Positions 12,801 through 27,727 of a DNA stretch of 64,000 nt are shown one piece after another (position 1 is the first letter of the stretch; each line of letters starts with the position of its first letter). The stretch lies in the NCBI RefSeq assembly GCF_006345805.1, contig NC_043019.1:13949360-14013359 (forward strand). Reading direction: 5' to 3'. The translations under genes were made by a program, and so were the position numbers. The DNA comes from Octopus sinensis. Its lineage: Eukaryota. The notes under the pieces were generated by a model, which saw nothing but the letters and a program-made list of their open reading frames with translations, was not told the origin of the DNA and made no database searches.

Positions 12801-13099
12801 ATTTCTACGAAGACCATTGTGTCTGTAATTCATCACCAACACCACAAAAGAAAAAAAAAACTCCAGGACCACTATATCACGGCTACCTTAGCTGTCGTTA
12901 ATGCCACCATCGTCGCAGAGGGAGCTTCTACGTGGTCGCTCAACCCTGCTAGAAACAGCAGCCAGATTATCCTCAAATCACGGTACCTTAAATCAGGTGT
13001 GTGTGTTACATGCAATGAACAAATATAAAGAGACAACACAAGAGGGATAAATTCAACAAATACAGTATTAGTTTAATAGTGAGAAGAAGAAAAGAAAAG

Positions 13100-13134
13100 T
13101 TTTAACGTTTCGGATGTTAGTCCTTCGTCAAAAG
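13100..13134 (-). ncRNA. Minimal type I hammerhead motif (variant core), PLE-like
   Basis: Minus strand: tt-TTGACGA-a-GGA-ctaaca-TCC-GAAAC-GTT-aa; C3>U relative to the consensus. Confidence 0.5.
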
Positions 13135-14619
13135 GGAAAAAATAACAGAAGAGGAATGAGAAAGAGGAAACGTGGTTGTGAGAAATGGAAAGAAAGGAAA
13201 AATCGATTGAGGGGTTAGAAGCCAGGTGGGAATAAAGCTCTATGGGAGGGAATTAAGAAGGGAGGAAGGAGCGGCGTGTGTGAACACATATAGGAGCGTA
13301 TCCGTGTTTTGATATAGGTATAAAGGGGAGTGAGTGGAGTTCAGGCAGAACAGCTAGAAATTAAACGAAGAAATAAAACACTAACGTATCTATTCATAAT
13401 ATTAATACGTTCTGGCAGACTCGAATTGAACCCGGAACCATATGGTTGAGAAGCAAGCTTCTTACCACACAGCCACGCCTACGCCTACATTGTATAAAAA
13501 AAATTGTATAAAAAAATTGAAAATATTTTGTGTATTGTAGAATACACAAATAAATTCTAGGATTGATTCGTTCACCTAAACCATTGAAAGCAGTGCTCTA
13601 GTATGACCTTAATAAAATGACTGAAACTATGTGACTCTGTGTGTGTGTGTACGTGCGAAGGAGAAAGAGAGAGAGAGAGAGAATGGGTGTTCTTCACACC
13701 GCTTGGGCATCCCGGCGTTGGTTTGTTTACGTCCCTGTAACCTAGCGGTGCAGTAAAGGAGGCCGACAGAGTTAAGTTTCATACTTTAAAAAAAATAAAT
13801 TCTAGGGTTGATTCGTTGGCCTAAACCACTGAAAGCAGTGCTCCAGTATGACCTTATTCAAATGACTGAAACTATGTGACTCTGTGTGTGTGTGTACTCT
13901 TTACTCTTTTACTTGTTTCAGTCATTTGACTGCGGCCATGCCGGAGCACCGCCTTTAATCGAGCAACTCGACCCCGGGACTTATTCTTTTGTAAGCCCAG
14001 TACTTATTCTATCGGTCCCTTTTGCCGAACCGCTAAGTAACGGGGACATAAACACACCAGCATCGGCTGTCAAGCAATGCTAGGGAGACAAACACAGACA
14101 CACAAACACACACACACGCATATATATACAGATATACATATATAGGACGGGCTTCTTTCAGTTTCCGTCTACCAAATCCACTCACAAGGCTTTGGTCGGC
14201 CCGAGGCTATAGTAGAAGACACTTGCCCAATGTGCCACGCAGTGGGACTGAACCCGGAACCATGTGGTTGGTTAGCAAGCTACTTACCACACAGCCACTC
14301 CTGCGCCTGTGTGTGTAAACGTTACGTTTTAATTTTATTCTAAACATATCCTTGGGATTCACACACGTATCAAACGGGTCCTTTTTTTATGTCTGACATA
14401 CAGTTACCATTTTTGTGGTTGTCTGAATGTACGACGACAGACAATAAAAACAAGATATATAAGAAGACCCTGATCCGCCGTCATCTCTTAACGTCTCAGG
14501 AACAACTTTATTATCTTGAGAGAAAATCATAATTCACTGAACACCGAGGTCCTGTCAAGGTGACTGCGCGCGCACTCACACTCACACACACACACACACA
14601 CCACACACACACACACACA

Positions 14620-14670
<51 letters not shown>

Positions 14671-14952
14671 TCAGCTCCACTTACAATGTGTGTGTGTATA
14701 TATTCTTTTATACTTTTGTTTCAGTAGTTTGACTGCGGCCATGCTGGAGCACCGCCTTCAGGAGAGGTGGGTTAGTCGAAGAAATCGACCCCACAACTTA
14801 ATCTTTGTAAGCCCAGTGCTTATTCTATCGGTCTATTTTGCCGAACCGCTAAGCTACGGTGACGTTAACACACTAACCATCAGCTGTCAAGCGATGGTGG
14901 TGGGGTGTCAAACACAGACACAAACACACAAATACACATACATACACGCATA

Positions 14953-14986
<34 letters not shown>

Positions 14987-16429
14987 TATACACGATGGGC
15001 TTCTTTCAGTTTCCGTCTACCAAATCCATTTACAAAGCACCGGTGTTGGTGTGTTTACGTCCTCGTAACTTAGCGGTTCAGTAAAATACACCGATAAAAT
15101 AAGCATTAGGCTTAGCAAAAACAAAATTACAAAAATAATAAGTACAGAGTTAGAATCGTTCGACTAAAAATTCTTCAAGGCAGTGCCCCAGCTTGACCGC
15201 AGTCTAATGACTGAAACAAGTAAAAGATAAAAGATAAAAGATGTGTGTGTGTGTGTGTGTGTGCGTACACACACATCTATATACATACGTATACACACAT
15301 AAACGTATATATGCACACTAATACCCGCGAATTACAACGGGGGTTTAAAATCACACACACATTAAGTCACACATTGATAGTCATACACACACACACATAC
15401 TCGCATACATGCCTATTACAGCCAAATACGTACACATATGCGTGCGTGCACACCCACACATACACATACATACATACACATTGGAAGCTTTACACATGCA
15501 TAATATATATAAATCTACACATTACACGAACGTGTATACACACACGGACACGCCCACACGCGTAGATCCATACACAAGAGAAAGAAAAAGCGAAGGTTGG
15601 GGTGGATGTTAGGGTCTGAATGTGGGTTGTAGGGGACTACTTGTAGTTGACAGTGGACCCTATGTTTATGACCTTGCAATTCATAGCCTCTAAACAGCCC
15701 CTAAACAACCCTTAAATGGAACTTTAAACAAAACGTGGCCGCTCTTTTTTAAAGGCAACTAAACAGGCGAACCTATAGTAAATTAGGATGGCCCCTTTTT
15801 TCTTTATTCCTTTTTTTTTTTTCTAAGTTAGAAACCTTCAGATGTGATTTACCTACACAGCTACCCCGAAGATGACACCACTGCTACTACACCCCACAGC
15901 CCACCTGCAGCACCCCTCTACGACCACTCTGGCTATCGCACGACCCCTCTCCGACACCACTACCATTATACAGGGCTGGCCAAAAGTCACCCGACAGTAA
16001 ATCAAAACCCATTTAATTTCAAGATTAAAATAAAATTATTTTATATGAAACTTCGCTAATAGGCTAAGGAGTGGCTGTGTGGTAAGTAGCTTGCTTACTA
16101 ACCACATGGTTCCGGGTTCATTCCCATTGCGTGGCACCTTGGGTAAAGTGTCTTCTACTATAGCCTCGGGCCGACGAAAGCTTATTCTATCGGTCTATTT
16201 TGCCGAACCGCTAAGTTACGGTGACGTAAACACACTAACCATCAGCGGTCAAGCGATGGTGGTGGGGTGTCAAACACAGGCACAAACAAACAAATACACA
16301 TACATACACGCATACTCTCTCTCTCTCTCTCACACACACACATTCTTTCAGGGTCGATAAGATAAAGTACCAGTACTGGTACTTTATCTTGACAGGATTT
16401 GAACTTAGAGTGTTTGAGTGGTTTTCCTA

Positions 16430-16625
16430 CTAAAGACGAAACAACTGACACGATTTTTTAAAATCTTCGTCCGTTTCAGAAAAAAAGGGGCAGACGAACA
16501 AGGAGGCCTTGATCTCTTCGTGTTATTCATAGATCTAACCAAGGCATTTAAGACTGTTATTAGTGAAGGTCGGTGGAAAGTACACTCTGAAATTGGCTGT
16601 CCACTCGGTTTTGTCGATATCCTTT
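16430..16625 (+). pseudogene. Non-LTR retrotransposon RT fragment (RTE-like)
   Basis: LFVLFIDLTKAFKTV...WKV...IGCP..FVDIL matches the RT motif FIDLxKAFDxV. Confidence 0.7.
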
Positions 16626-16627
16626 CG

Positions 16628-16709
<82 letters not shown>

Positions 16710-16818
16710 TTAATATATATAACATAACATTATATACGAGCGCGTGTGTGTGTACACATATTCATATAGACAAATAGACGAATAAACTGACATACATTTA
16801 TATATTTTACACACACAC

Positions 16819-16893
<75 letters not shown>

Positions 16894-16894
16894 G

Positions 16895-16956
<62 letters not shown>

Positions 16957-16971
16957 GAGATAGATAGATAA

Positions 16972-17042
<71 letters not shown>

Positions 17043-17134
17043 CACACGTGAAATACAAACTTATAAACATACACACATTTAAACATAGATATACATATAT
17101 ATTTACACACACACATACATGCATACAGACAAAC

Positions 17135-17165
<31 letters not shown>

Positions 17166-18345
17166 TGTATGTATGTATGTATGCATGTATGTATGCATGT
17201 ATGTATGTATGTATGCATGTATGTATATATGTATGTATGTATGTATGTTTTTATAGATGTTTGTACGTATGTATGTATGTATGTATGTACGATCTCTCCA
17301 TAACATTGATACGATAACGCACTGTCACCATCACACTACACGAGAGCTTTCATTTCATTTGATCAATGCTTTTAATTTCGACATCGAAACATCGCCAGCG
17401 ACATCTCACCACCATCTCCCACAGCTCAATGTCACCGATAGCATCACTTCATTCGCCATTTATCATCTGCAATAGCCGCAGCTTCTTTATCGCTGCTATC
17501 ATCACTTTCTTTACATCTATCGCGGTTTGTATTCATGGCCGATTAGACGTCGCTCTGAACATCGAGGCAAAAGAAAACCACTTCATTCATATATGCTTCC
17601 AATTTCTAGCTAAGATCTGGGGCCGATAAATTCCTTTCGTCTCCCTTACTCTATACAAATCGACGTCATTATTATCATTTTTCTCTATCTCTTCGAATAT
17701 AAAATATTAAAAAAAAATTGTCCGTGTTGTTTACGCATCGCTGATAAGGTCTCATAATGATGAAACATGTGAATGGCATTCCGTCGGTTGCGACGACGAC
17801 GAACGTTCAAGTTGAACCGATCAACGGAACAACCTGCTCGTGAAATTAACGTGCAAGTGACCGAGTACACCATAGACACGCTTACTCTTAACGTGGTTCT
17901 CGGGGAGATTCTCTGTGGCACAGAATGTAACAAGGCTGGCATCTTTTTGAAATACAGGTACAACTCATTTTTGCTAGCTGAGTGGACTGGAGCAACATGA
18001 AATAAAGTGTCTTGCTCAAGGACACAACACGCCGCCGGCAATCGAACTCACGACATTACGACTGTGAATTGAATATACCTAACCACTAAGCCATGCACTT
18101 TCATGAAACACTACCAGAGTTATCACAGAACAACCAATGAGATCAGACACACATCCGAAAGCACTTTATGTTTAGGCGCAGGAGTGGCTGTGTGGTAAGT
18201 AGCTTGCTTACCAACCACATGGTTCCGGGTTCTGTCCCACTGCGTGGAACCTTGGGCAAGTGTCTTCTACTATAGCCTCTGGCCAACCAAAGCCTTGTGA
18301 GTGGATTTGGTAGACGGAAACTGAAAGAAGCTCGTTGTAGATATG

Positions 18346-18410
<65 letters not shown>

Positions 18411-21400
18411 TTGTGTCTGCGTTTGTCCCCTAAATAGCGCTTGACAACCGATGCTGGTGTATTTACGTCCACGTAACTTAGCGGTTCGGCAAAAGAGACC
18501 GATAGAACAAGTACTAGGCTTACAAAGAATAAGTCCTGGGGTCGATTTGCTCGATTAAAAAGGCGGTGCTGCAGCATGACCGCAGTCAAAGGACTGAAAG
18601 AAGTAAGAGAGTAAAAAGAGTATATTGACAGGTCCCTTAATCCCTTACACAAGGGGCTCTGCAGCCATGCAGAGTATCTAGAGCGAGAAAGCCTGGTGGA
18701 CCCCTATCCCTCGAAAGGCTACACTCATTTCTACAGCTGAGTGAACTGGAACAACGTAATCGCCAGGTCCAGGAATCGAAACCACAATCTTACACAGTTA
18801 CCGCCTACCAAATTATTTTAGAAGGCCCGGGGTTACGCTAGAAGAAAGACACTTGCACAAGGTTCCACGCCAGGGCGAATTGAACCCGTAACCACGTAGT
18901 CGCAAAGCGAGCTTATTAACCACACGATTTTTCTATTTCATTTAAACGCTTCTTCGCGTGACTCTAGTTAAGTAATACGAGGTTTTTGCAACGGAGTTCG
19001 GGTTTGATTTCTGTTGCTTTCAGTAAATTATAAAAAAAGCAAAGCAACATTGCTAATTGACGAAACGGTTCAGAAGGACACGAAGCAGTGTAGCAGATTG
19101 GTTTTTCTGAGAGCTTATCACACACACATAACAACGCTTTCATTAAATGCAGGGCTATTAAGCTATGTAAAGAGGCCTGTGTATTTTCGTTTTGACTCTA
19201 TTATATTAGATGTATAAAATATACAAGGCTGTCACACTTGATATAAAATGATGATGGCTGAGAGAGGGAGGGGGAGTGAAGAGAGCGAGCAAGAGGGGAA
19301 GAGAGAGGAAAGAGAGCTGTTTCCATGTAGCGTGATACGACAGAGAGAAATAATCTAATAATTTACCTACTTCGACGCAACAATATATATATATACATAT
19401 ATATATATATACACATACACACACACATATATGTATGCGCATATACATATACACATTTATACTTATATATATATATATATTATATATAGATATATTTATA
19501 CATATATATATATATATATAATATACATATATATATATACATATATATATACACGTTTATACTCACATATATATACACATTTATACTCATACACACAGTC
19601 ACACACACACACATATATATATATATATAAACACATACGTACAGACGTACATACATAGCTAACTAGGTAGATATACACATACATGCATGTTTCCACACAC
19701 ATACACACACACACACACAACACACACACATATGCGTGTACTCGCGCATGCGCATCCGCGTATCGGCAGAGAACAACAGGAAGATAGCGGGGTGTTTGGT
19801 TTACAAGTGTGGAGATTTAGTTAAAGCTTGTAAAGAACATGTCCTAGAGATAAACAATATCAAAGTACGTTATTTTCATTGTGTGTCGTTGGGTTTCGTG
19901 CCGGTTTGAAGTCAGCAATGGACGGTTTGTGAGTTAATAGCTTCGAGCCCCAGAAACTTGACACAGGATCAGAATAACGAGAAATTAAAAGAAGAAAGTT
20001 CTGCAAAACGGGGCGAGGCGAGGAAAAGAAAGGGTGGCTGGCTTTTAAACGGAAACGGCATAGACGGAAAGTTCCTTTGAAAAGTGAAGTCGCCGTTGAT
20101 GTCTGCACTTGGTTTTCAACGTTTGTTTTTAGGGGCAGCAAATTTTGTTGGTGACCAAAGGAAAAAAATTTTAAATAAAAAGAATAAAAGGAAAAAAATT
20201 GAATAAATGAAATAAATAATTTTTTTTAAATGAAAATCAAAAATATATCAAAATCTAATGCATTTTGAAAGTGTGTGTGTGTGTGTATATATACATATAT
20301 ACATACATATATATATATACTCTTTTATTTACTTGTTTCAGTCATTTGACAGCGGCTATGCTGGAGCACCGCCTTTAGTCGAGCAAATCGACCCCAGGAC
20401 TTATTCTTTTGTAAGCCCAGTACTTATTCTATCAGTCTCTTGTGTCGAACCGCTAAGTAACGGTGACATAAACACACCAGCATCGGTTGTCAAGCAATGC
20501 TAGGGGGACAAACAAAACACACAAACACAAACACACACACGCATATATATATTATAGATATATATACACTAATATATACGACGGGCTTCTTACAGTTCCA
20601 TCTACAAATCCACTCACAAGGCTTTGGTCGGCCCGAGGCTATAGTAGAAACATTTGCGCATGGTGCCACGCAGTGGGACAGAACCCGGAACCACGTGGTT
20701 GGTAAACATGCTACTTACCACACAGCCACTCCTGCGCCGATATATACTCATTTATTTTATATATACTCTTTTATATATTATATATATACTCTTTTATTTA
20801 CTTGTTTCAGTCATTTAACAGCGGCCATGCTGGAGCACCGCCTTTAGTCGAGCAAATCGACCCCAGGACTTATTCTTTGCAAGCCTAGTACTTATTCTAT
20901 CGGTCTTTTTTCCCGAACCGCTAAGTTACAGGGACGTAAACACACCAGCATCGGTTGTCAAGCGATGTTGGGGGGACAAACACAGACACACAAACACACA
21001 TATATATACATATACATATATACGACGAGCTTCTTTCAGTTTCCGTCTATAAAATACACTCACAAGGCTTTGGTCGGCCCAAGGCTATAGTAGAAGACAC
21101 TTGCCCAAGGTGCCATGCAGTGGGACTGAACCCGGAACCATGTGGTTGGTAAGCAAGCTACCAAACAGCCACTCCTGCGCCTATAGATATATACTATTTT
21201 TTGTTCCAGTCATTGGACTGCGGCCATGCTGGAGCACCACTGCCTTGAAGGAGTTTTTAGTCGAACGAATCGACCCCAGTGCTTGTAAGCCTGTTACTTA
21301 TTCTATCGGGCGTTTTTTTTGCCGAACCGCTAAGTTACGGGGATGTAAACAAACCAAAACCGGTTGTTAAGCGGTGGTGGGAGACAAGCACAGACACAAA

Positions 21401-21454
21401 GACAGACACACACATGCACATATATATACATATATACATATACATTCATACACG

Positions 21455-21705
21455 ATAAGAAAATGGAGGAAAAACTACAATGAGAAGTGTGTCTTCGGTG
21501 CTAAAAACCCATTATTTAATTACTTAAGCCAGGTGAAGTTAAGAGTGAGCTTACGGCTGTTTCTGTGTACCATGTTGAGGTAAATATGTATTTAAATACA
21601 TATTTATCTCAACATGGTACACAGAAACAGCCGTAAACTCACTCTTACCCTCACTGGTTTAAAACACATCTCGTTGTTATGTTTCCCTCCATTTTGTTTA
21701 TCTTC
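21455..21705. mobile_element. PLE-like fold-back element with HHR 3' half (GAAACAGCCGTA)
   Basis: Palindrome centred at ~21594 (arms ~21541-21650) plus outer imperfect inverted termini. Confidence 0.55.
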
Positions 21706-21863
21706 TATTATATACATTAAACTACGTTTACTTTAAATACCTGCAGCCGTATGCCTCACACCAAGGACCTTACTTAATGAAGTAATTACTAGGGTGCCTT
21801 TGGATACATCTATCTCTTAGGGGGGTTTAAAACACATCTAACTAAAACTATACATGCATATAC

Positions 21864-21926
<63 letters not shown>

Positions 21927-22057
21927 CTATATATATATGTATGTATGTATGTAGTATGTATGTATGTATGTATGTATGTGGGTATATATATATATATATA
22001 TATTGTGAGAGTATATATATATATATATATATATATAGAAAAATTATTATATTATTA

Positions 22058-22094
<37 letters not shown>

Positions 22095-22096
<2 letters not shown>

Positions 22097-23300
22097 GGCA
22101 ACGAGCTGGCTGAATCGTTATCACGCCTGGCAAAACGCTTAGCGGCATTTCGTAAGTCGTTACGTCTAGGGTTCAAATTCCGCCCCGATCGACTGTGCCT
22201 TTCATCGTTTCAGGGTCGATAAATTAAGAACCAGTTGAGTACTGGGGTCCATGTGATCGACTGTCCACCTCCCAACAGAATACGGGCCTATAATAAAAAG
22301 GATTAATATTTCTTTATTGCCTACAGGGGGCTAAACAAAGAGAAGACAAACAATGACAGATAAAGAGATTAAGTCGATTATATGGATCCCAGTGCCTAAC
22401 TGGTACTTGTTTAATTGACCCTGAAAGGCAAAGTCGACCTCGGTATGTTATCTACCTCTTATTGTCTACCGAGTAGAAAAGATTATTATTATTACCATTC
22501 AAGGTGGCGAGCTGGCAGATTCGTTAGCGCACTGGACGAAATACTTAGCGGTATTTCGCCCGTCGCTACGTTCTGAGTTCAAATTCCGCCGAGGTCGACT
22601 TTGCCTTTCATCTTTTCGGGGTCTATAAAATATGTACCAGTTGAACAATGGGGTCGATGTAATCGAATCATCTCCCCCTCCCCAAATAACAGCCCCTGTG
22701 GCCAATCATGAAATCATTATTATTATTAAGGCGGTGAACTAGCAGAATCGTTATCACGCCAGGCATAATGTTTGGTGGCATTTCGTCGGTTTTAGGTTCT
22801 TAGTTCAAATTCCACCGAGGTCGACTTTGTCTCTCATCCTTTCGGGGTCGATAAAACAAATACACGTTGAGTACTTATTTCTTTACTGCCCACAAGGGGT
22901 CGAACATAGAAGGGACAAACAAGGACAGACAAACGGATTAAGTCGATTATATCGACCCCAGTGCGTAACTGGTACTTATTTAAACGACCCCGAAAGGATG
23001 AATGAAAGGCAAAGTCGACTCGGCGGAATTTGAACTCAGAACGTAGCCAGCAGAGAAATACCTATTTCTTTACTACCCACAGGGGCTAAACACAGATGGA
23101 CAAACAAGGACAGACATAGGTATTAAGTCGATTACATCGACCAGTGCGTAAGTAAATGGTACTTAATTTACGAAATACCTAAGCATTTCGACCGGCGTGC
23201 TAACGTTTCTGCCAGCTCGCTGCCCTATGCGTTGAGTACTGGGGTCGATGCAATCGACTTACTCCCGCCCCACAAAATCCAGGTCTTGTGCTTATAACAG
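22095..23300. mobile_element. SINE family B cluster including a minus-strand dimer (22876-23225) nested in a plus-strand copy
   Basis: TSD CGTTGAGTACT at 22865-22875 and 23230-23240; junction gaaatacc|tatttctttac at ~23063. Confidence 0.8.
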
Positions 23301-23375
23301 AAAGGATTATTATTATTATCATTTTATAGTTTTAAGAGAGAGAGAGAGCACTGTCAATTGTTCATATACACACAT

Positions 23376-23406
<31 letters not shown>

Positions 23407-24225
23407 GATATATATATAAATATATATACACATATATATATATACACACACACACACACAAACATACACACACACACACATATACATGTGTATGTGTGAG
23501 AGAGAGAGAGAGATTTCCTTTCGTCCCTATAACTTAGCTGTTCGGCAAAAGACACCGATAGAATAAGCACAGGTCTTGAAGAAAATCATTCATGGGGTCC
23601 ATTTATTCGATTAGAAATTCTTCAAAGCGGTGCTCCAGCATGGCCGCAGTCTAATGAAGTCTAATGACTGAAACAATAAAATAAAAAGGATGATAGACGG
23701 GAAGGGAGTTAGTCGATACAAGCGGTCGCCAGTATTTGACTCTTACTTTATTTCATGAACCTCTAAACGATAATAAGCAAAGTTGAACACAACGGTATTT
23801 GAACTCATGACGTTCAGTGCCGTGACGAGATATCCATAATTTACGAAATAATTGTTCGACCCTCTAACGGTTTAGCCGAGTCCACTTACGTAAGAGTAAT
23901 CCAAGGAACAACAAAAAGCCAATAGTGCAAGGGAGATAACTCACAATTTACAAATTATTTATTTTAGCCTCGTTTTTTTTTCCCAGTCCTGAAGGAACCT
24001 TTTCCTTTATTCTTTAACTTTTACTTGTTTCAGTCATTGGAGTGCGGCCATGCTGGAACACCGATATGAAGGATTTTTAGTCGAATGAATCGACCTCGTT
24101 GCTTTTATTTATTTTTTTTAAAGCCTGGTAATTATTCGATCGGCTCTCTTTTAACCGAACCGCTAAGTTACGCGGACATAAACCCACCAACACTGGTTGT
24201 CAAACGGTGGTGGGGGACACACACA

Positions 24226-24263
<38 letters not shown>

Positions 24264-26173
24264 AATATATATATATTAATATACGACGGGCTTCTTTCAG
24301 TTTCCGTCTACCAAATCCACTCACAAGGCTTTGGTCGGCCCGAGGCTACAGTAGAAGTCACTTGCCCAAGGTGCCATACAGTGGTACTGAACCTGGAACC
24401 ATGTGGTTGGGAAGCAAGCTTCTTACCACACAGCCACCCCTGCGTCTAACGTTAGGGGTATACAAATACACTCCTATTTCATTATGCCGGATACCACGTA
24501 GTGGGTCAGTTTGTCGGGGTTGCATCATGGTTATACCGATATTAAGTACGATATGTATGTATGTATGTGGCTGTGTTGTAAGATGCTTGCTTCCCAACCA
24601 CATGGTTCCGGGTTCAGTCCCACTGCATGGCACTTTGGTCAAGTGTCTTCTACTATAGCCTCACGCTGACCAAAGCTTGTTAGTGAATCTGGTAGACGGA
24701 AACTGAAAGAATCCCGTCGTATATATATATATGTGTGTGTGTGTATGTATTTGTGTGTCTGTTTGTTCCTCACCATCACTTGACAACTAATATTGGTGTG
24801 TTTACGTCCCCGTAACATTAGAGGTTCGGCAAAAGAGACCGATAGAATAAGTACTAGGATTATAAAGAATATGTCCAGGGTGCGGGACGATATGTTCGAC
24901 TAATGGCGATGCTCCAGCATGGCAGCAGTCAAATGACTGAAACAAGCGAAAGAATAATACACACACACACACACACACACCACACACACACACATATATA
25001 TATATGTATGTATGTATATATATACTTATGCACGTGTATTTATTATATATGAGAGCGTGAGTGTGGGTGTGTATGTTATATTAATAATGAGTTTATTGAA
25101 TACACCGCTCAGGTGCAACATCAGCTAAACTGATTAGAAAGTATGGAACTGGACATTTGCGTGGTCAGCATGACGATCTAACCAGCTGAACTAGAAGCAG
25201 GCACACACACACACACACACACACACAGAGATATTATATAATGTAATACTTTATTATATTATGAGATATCATATCATATCAAATTATATAATAATTGTTG
25301 CCTTGAGAAAGTATTTTGTCGAGCGCTTTAAAGAGATCAACGAGAGATAAGCAGAGACGGTCTGGAGAACGTGCAAGGGAGATAACTTCGAGTGGACTAA
25401 AGGAAAGTTTGGTGACGTTTAACTCGTTCATTTGACTGCTGCAGACTTCACTTCATAGCTCTGAGCATGCGATAAAGCTACACACACACCACACTCACGC
25501 ACCACCACACACACCACACACTACCACAAACACACACACACACACACAAACTCACACACACACACACTCACACACACCCACACCCACACACACACATACA
25601 TACACACACACATACACACACCCACACCCACACACTAACACACAAACACACACCCACACACTAACACACAAACTTACACACACACACACAAACTCACTCA
25701 CACACACACACACACACACGCTCACACACAAACTCACATACAAACACGCCCGCGCACATACATACAAACACACATATACTCACGCGCAAACGCGCACACA
25801 CACGCATTCATACAGTTATGAGCACACACACACACACACACACACACGCACATACTCATACGCATTCACACACAGTTATGGCCACACACACACACACACA
25901 CACACATGCATTCACACACTTCCACAAGTGTGTACCGCCCTGACTTTGTTTCCTCATAACTTTCAGAAGATTTTATATTTTTTACTGAAATTTTCTACAA
26001 ATACCTTTCGGTTGGTGTAGATTACGACTATTGAGGAATCTAATGCGAAATAAAAATAATAAGAAGAAGAAAAACTGGTGACCGCACACCTCACATAAGT
26101 TTTTCATACATACTAACACACTTCAGATTTTTTTTTTAATTCGAGCTTCATTTTGAGATATAGGTATATATAT

Positions 26174-26217
<44 letters not shown>

Positions 26218-26254
26218 TATATATATTATATATATTATATATATATATGTAGTA

Positions 26255-26531
26255 AAAACAATTAAGATTCAAGTCAGTTCTAATGAATTCACTTGAATGC
26301 GGTACTTAACTTAGATGCACCAGAAAACTATATGGTATTAACCATACAATAATGTGGGGTGATTAAACGAGAAAAAAGCAACAAGAATGGATTAGTTTTT
26401 TTAGTACAATTGTTTCATACAAAGACAAGCTTTATTAAAAGCTGCAATATTTGCAGCTTTTAATAAAGCTTGTCTTTGTATGAAACAATTGTACTAAAAA
26501 AACTAATCCATTCTTGTTGCTTTTTTCTCGT
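26255..26531 (-). mobile_element. PLE-like fold-back element; near-perfect palindrome at 26367-26531
   Basis: ~80-bp arms around a 3-nt loop; each arm carries the HHR 3' half GAAAC-AATT-GTA-CTAAAA; flanked by (TA)n. Confidence 0.65.
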
Positions 26532-26744
26532 ATATATATATATATATATATTACGGAGATGTACTTGCATAGCAAGTGACCTGATCTGGGATCGTGTGCT
26601 GGAACGAAAACAATTGCAGCGTGGAAGGTGTTTATAAGCCATTTAAGAAACACACAAAATCCGTTAGATTCACTTAAACATTTAAATTATATATATATAT
26701 CTATATACACACCTACATAGATGGATAGATAGAGAGAGAGATAA

Positions 26745-26781
<37 letters not shown>

Positions 26782-26815
26782 TAAAGAGAGGGAGAGAGAG
26801 AGATAGGTAGGTAGG

Positions 26816-26872
<57 letters not shown>

Positions 26873-27151
26873 GGATGGATATATTCTTCTTTTCTTTTAC
26901 TTGTTTCAGTCATTTGACTGCGGCCATGCTGAAGCATATACCCGTCTCTTTTGCTGAACCGCTACGTTCGGTAGACGTAAACACACCAGCATCGGTTTCA
27001 AGCGATGGTGGGAGGACAGACGCACAAACATATACACACACAGATATATATATATATACGATGGTCTTCTTTGTAAGTTATGGAGACATAAACACACCAA
27101 CATCGGTTGACAAGTGGTGGAAGAAACACACACTCACACAAATATATATAT

Positions 27152-27185
<34 letters not shown>

Positions 27186-27191
27186 ATATTT

Positions 27192-27727
27192 ATACGGGTT
27201 GGACAAAATAATGGAAACACCTAGCATCATAGCATCATAACTTTCAAGTATCTATGCAACAGTCAAAAGCTTGTTTATTTTTGTTTTTTGATATATTTTT
27301 AGTGTTGCTTAATATGTTTTGCTAAAACTGTTGTTTCGTTTCAGATATCATCAGAAAAGGTATTAAAATTCATTAAAATGACAGATCTATCTGGCTTTCA
27401 AAGAGGTCAAATTGTTGGTGCTCGTGAGGCAGGCGCTCGCGTAACGAAAACAGCCGAAATGTTTGGTGTATCAAGAAGTACTGTCTCGAAAGTGATGACA
27501 GCCTTTGAGAAAGAGGAAAAGACCTCCTCGTCGAAACGAAGTTCCGGAAGACAACCAAAACTCTCAGATAGAGACCGTCGGACTCATCCACCACTACAAG
27601 AACTGGAAACTGTTTTAGCTGAAGAATGGACAAAAATTCCTTTGGAAACAATTCAAACTTTGTACGAGTCCATACCCCGTAGAATTCAAGATGTAATTAC
27701 TACCAAAAGCGGTCCCACCCCATATTA
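27192..27727 (+). mobile_element. Internally deleted Tc1-like transposon (N-terminal HTH fused in frame to the C-terminus; DDE domain lost)
   Basis: TA|CGGGTTGGACAAAATAATGGAAACACC TIR-like start; MTDLSGFQRGQIVGAR...GVSRSTVSKV...GRQPKL then LQELETVLAEEWTKIP...SIPRRIQDVI..KSGPTPY. Confidence 0.85.

Noticed and set aside
12159-12901. Poly-His / poly-Gly-Asp ORFs suggesting a metal-binding protein
   Set aside because: A (CAC)/(CAT) trinucleotide repeat lacks stops in most frames; similar tracts are intronic elsewhere (51170-51330).
18143-18652. Recurring ORFs such as RASFSFRLPNPLTRLWSARGYSRRHLPKVPRSGTEPGTMW
   Set aside because: Incidental translations of SINE family A, not a protein family.
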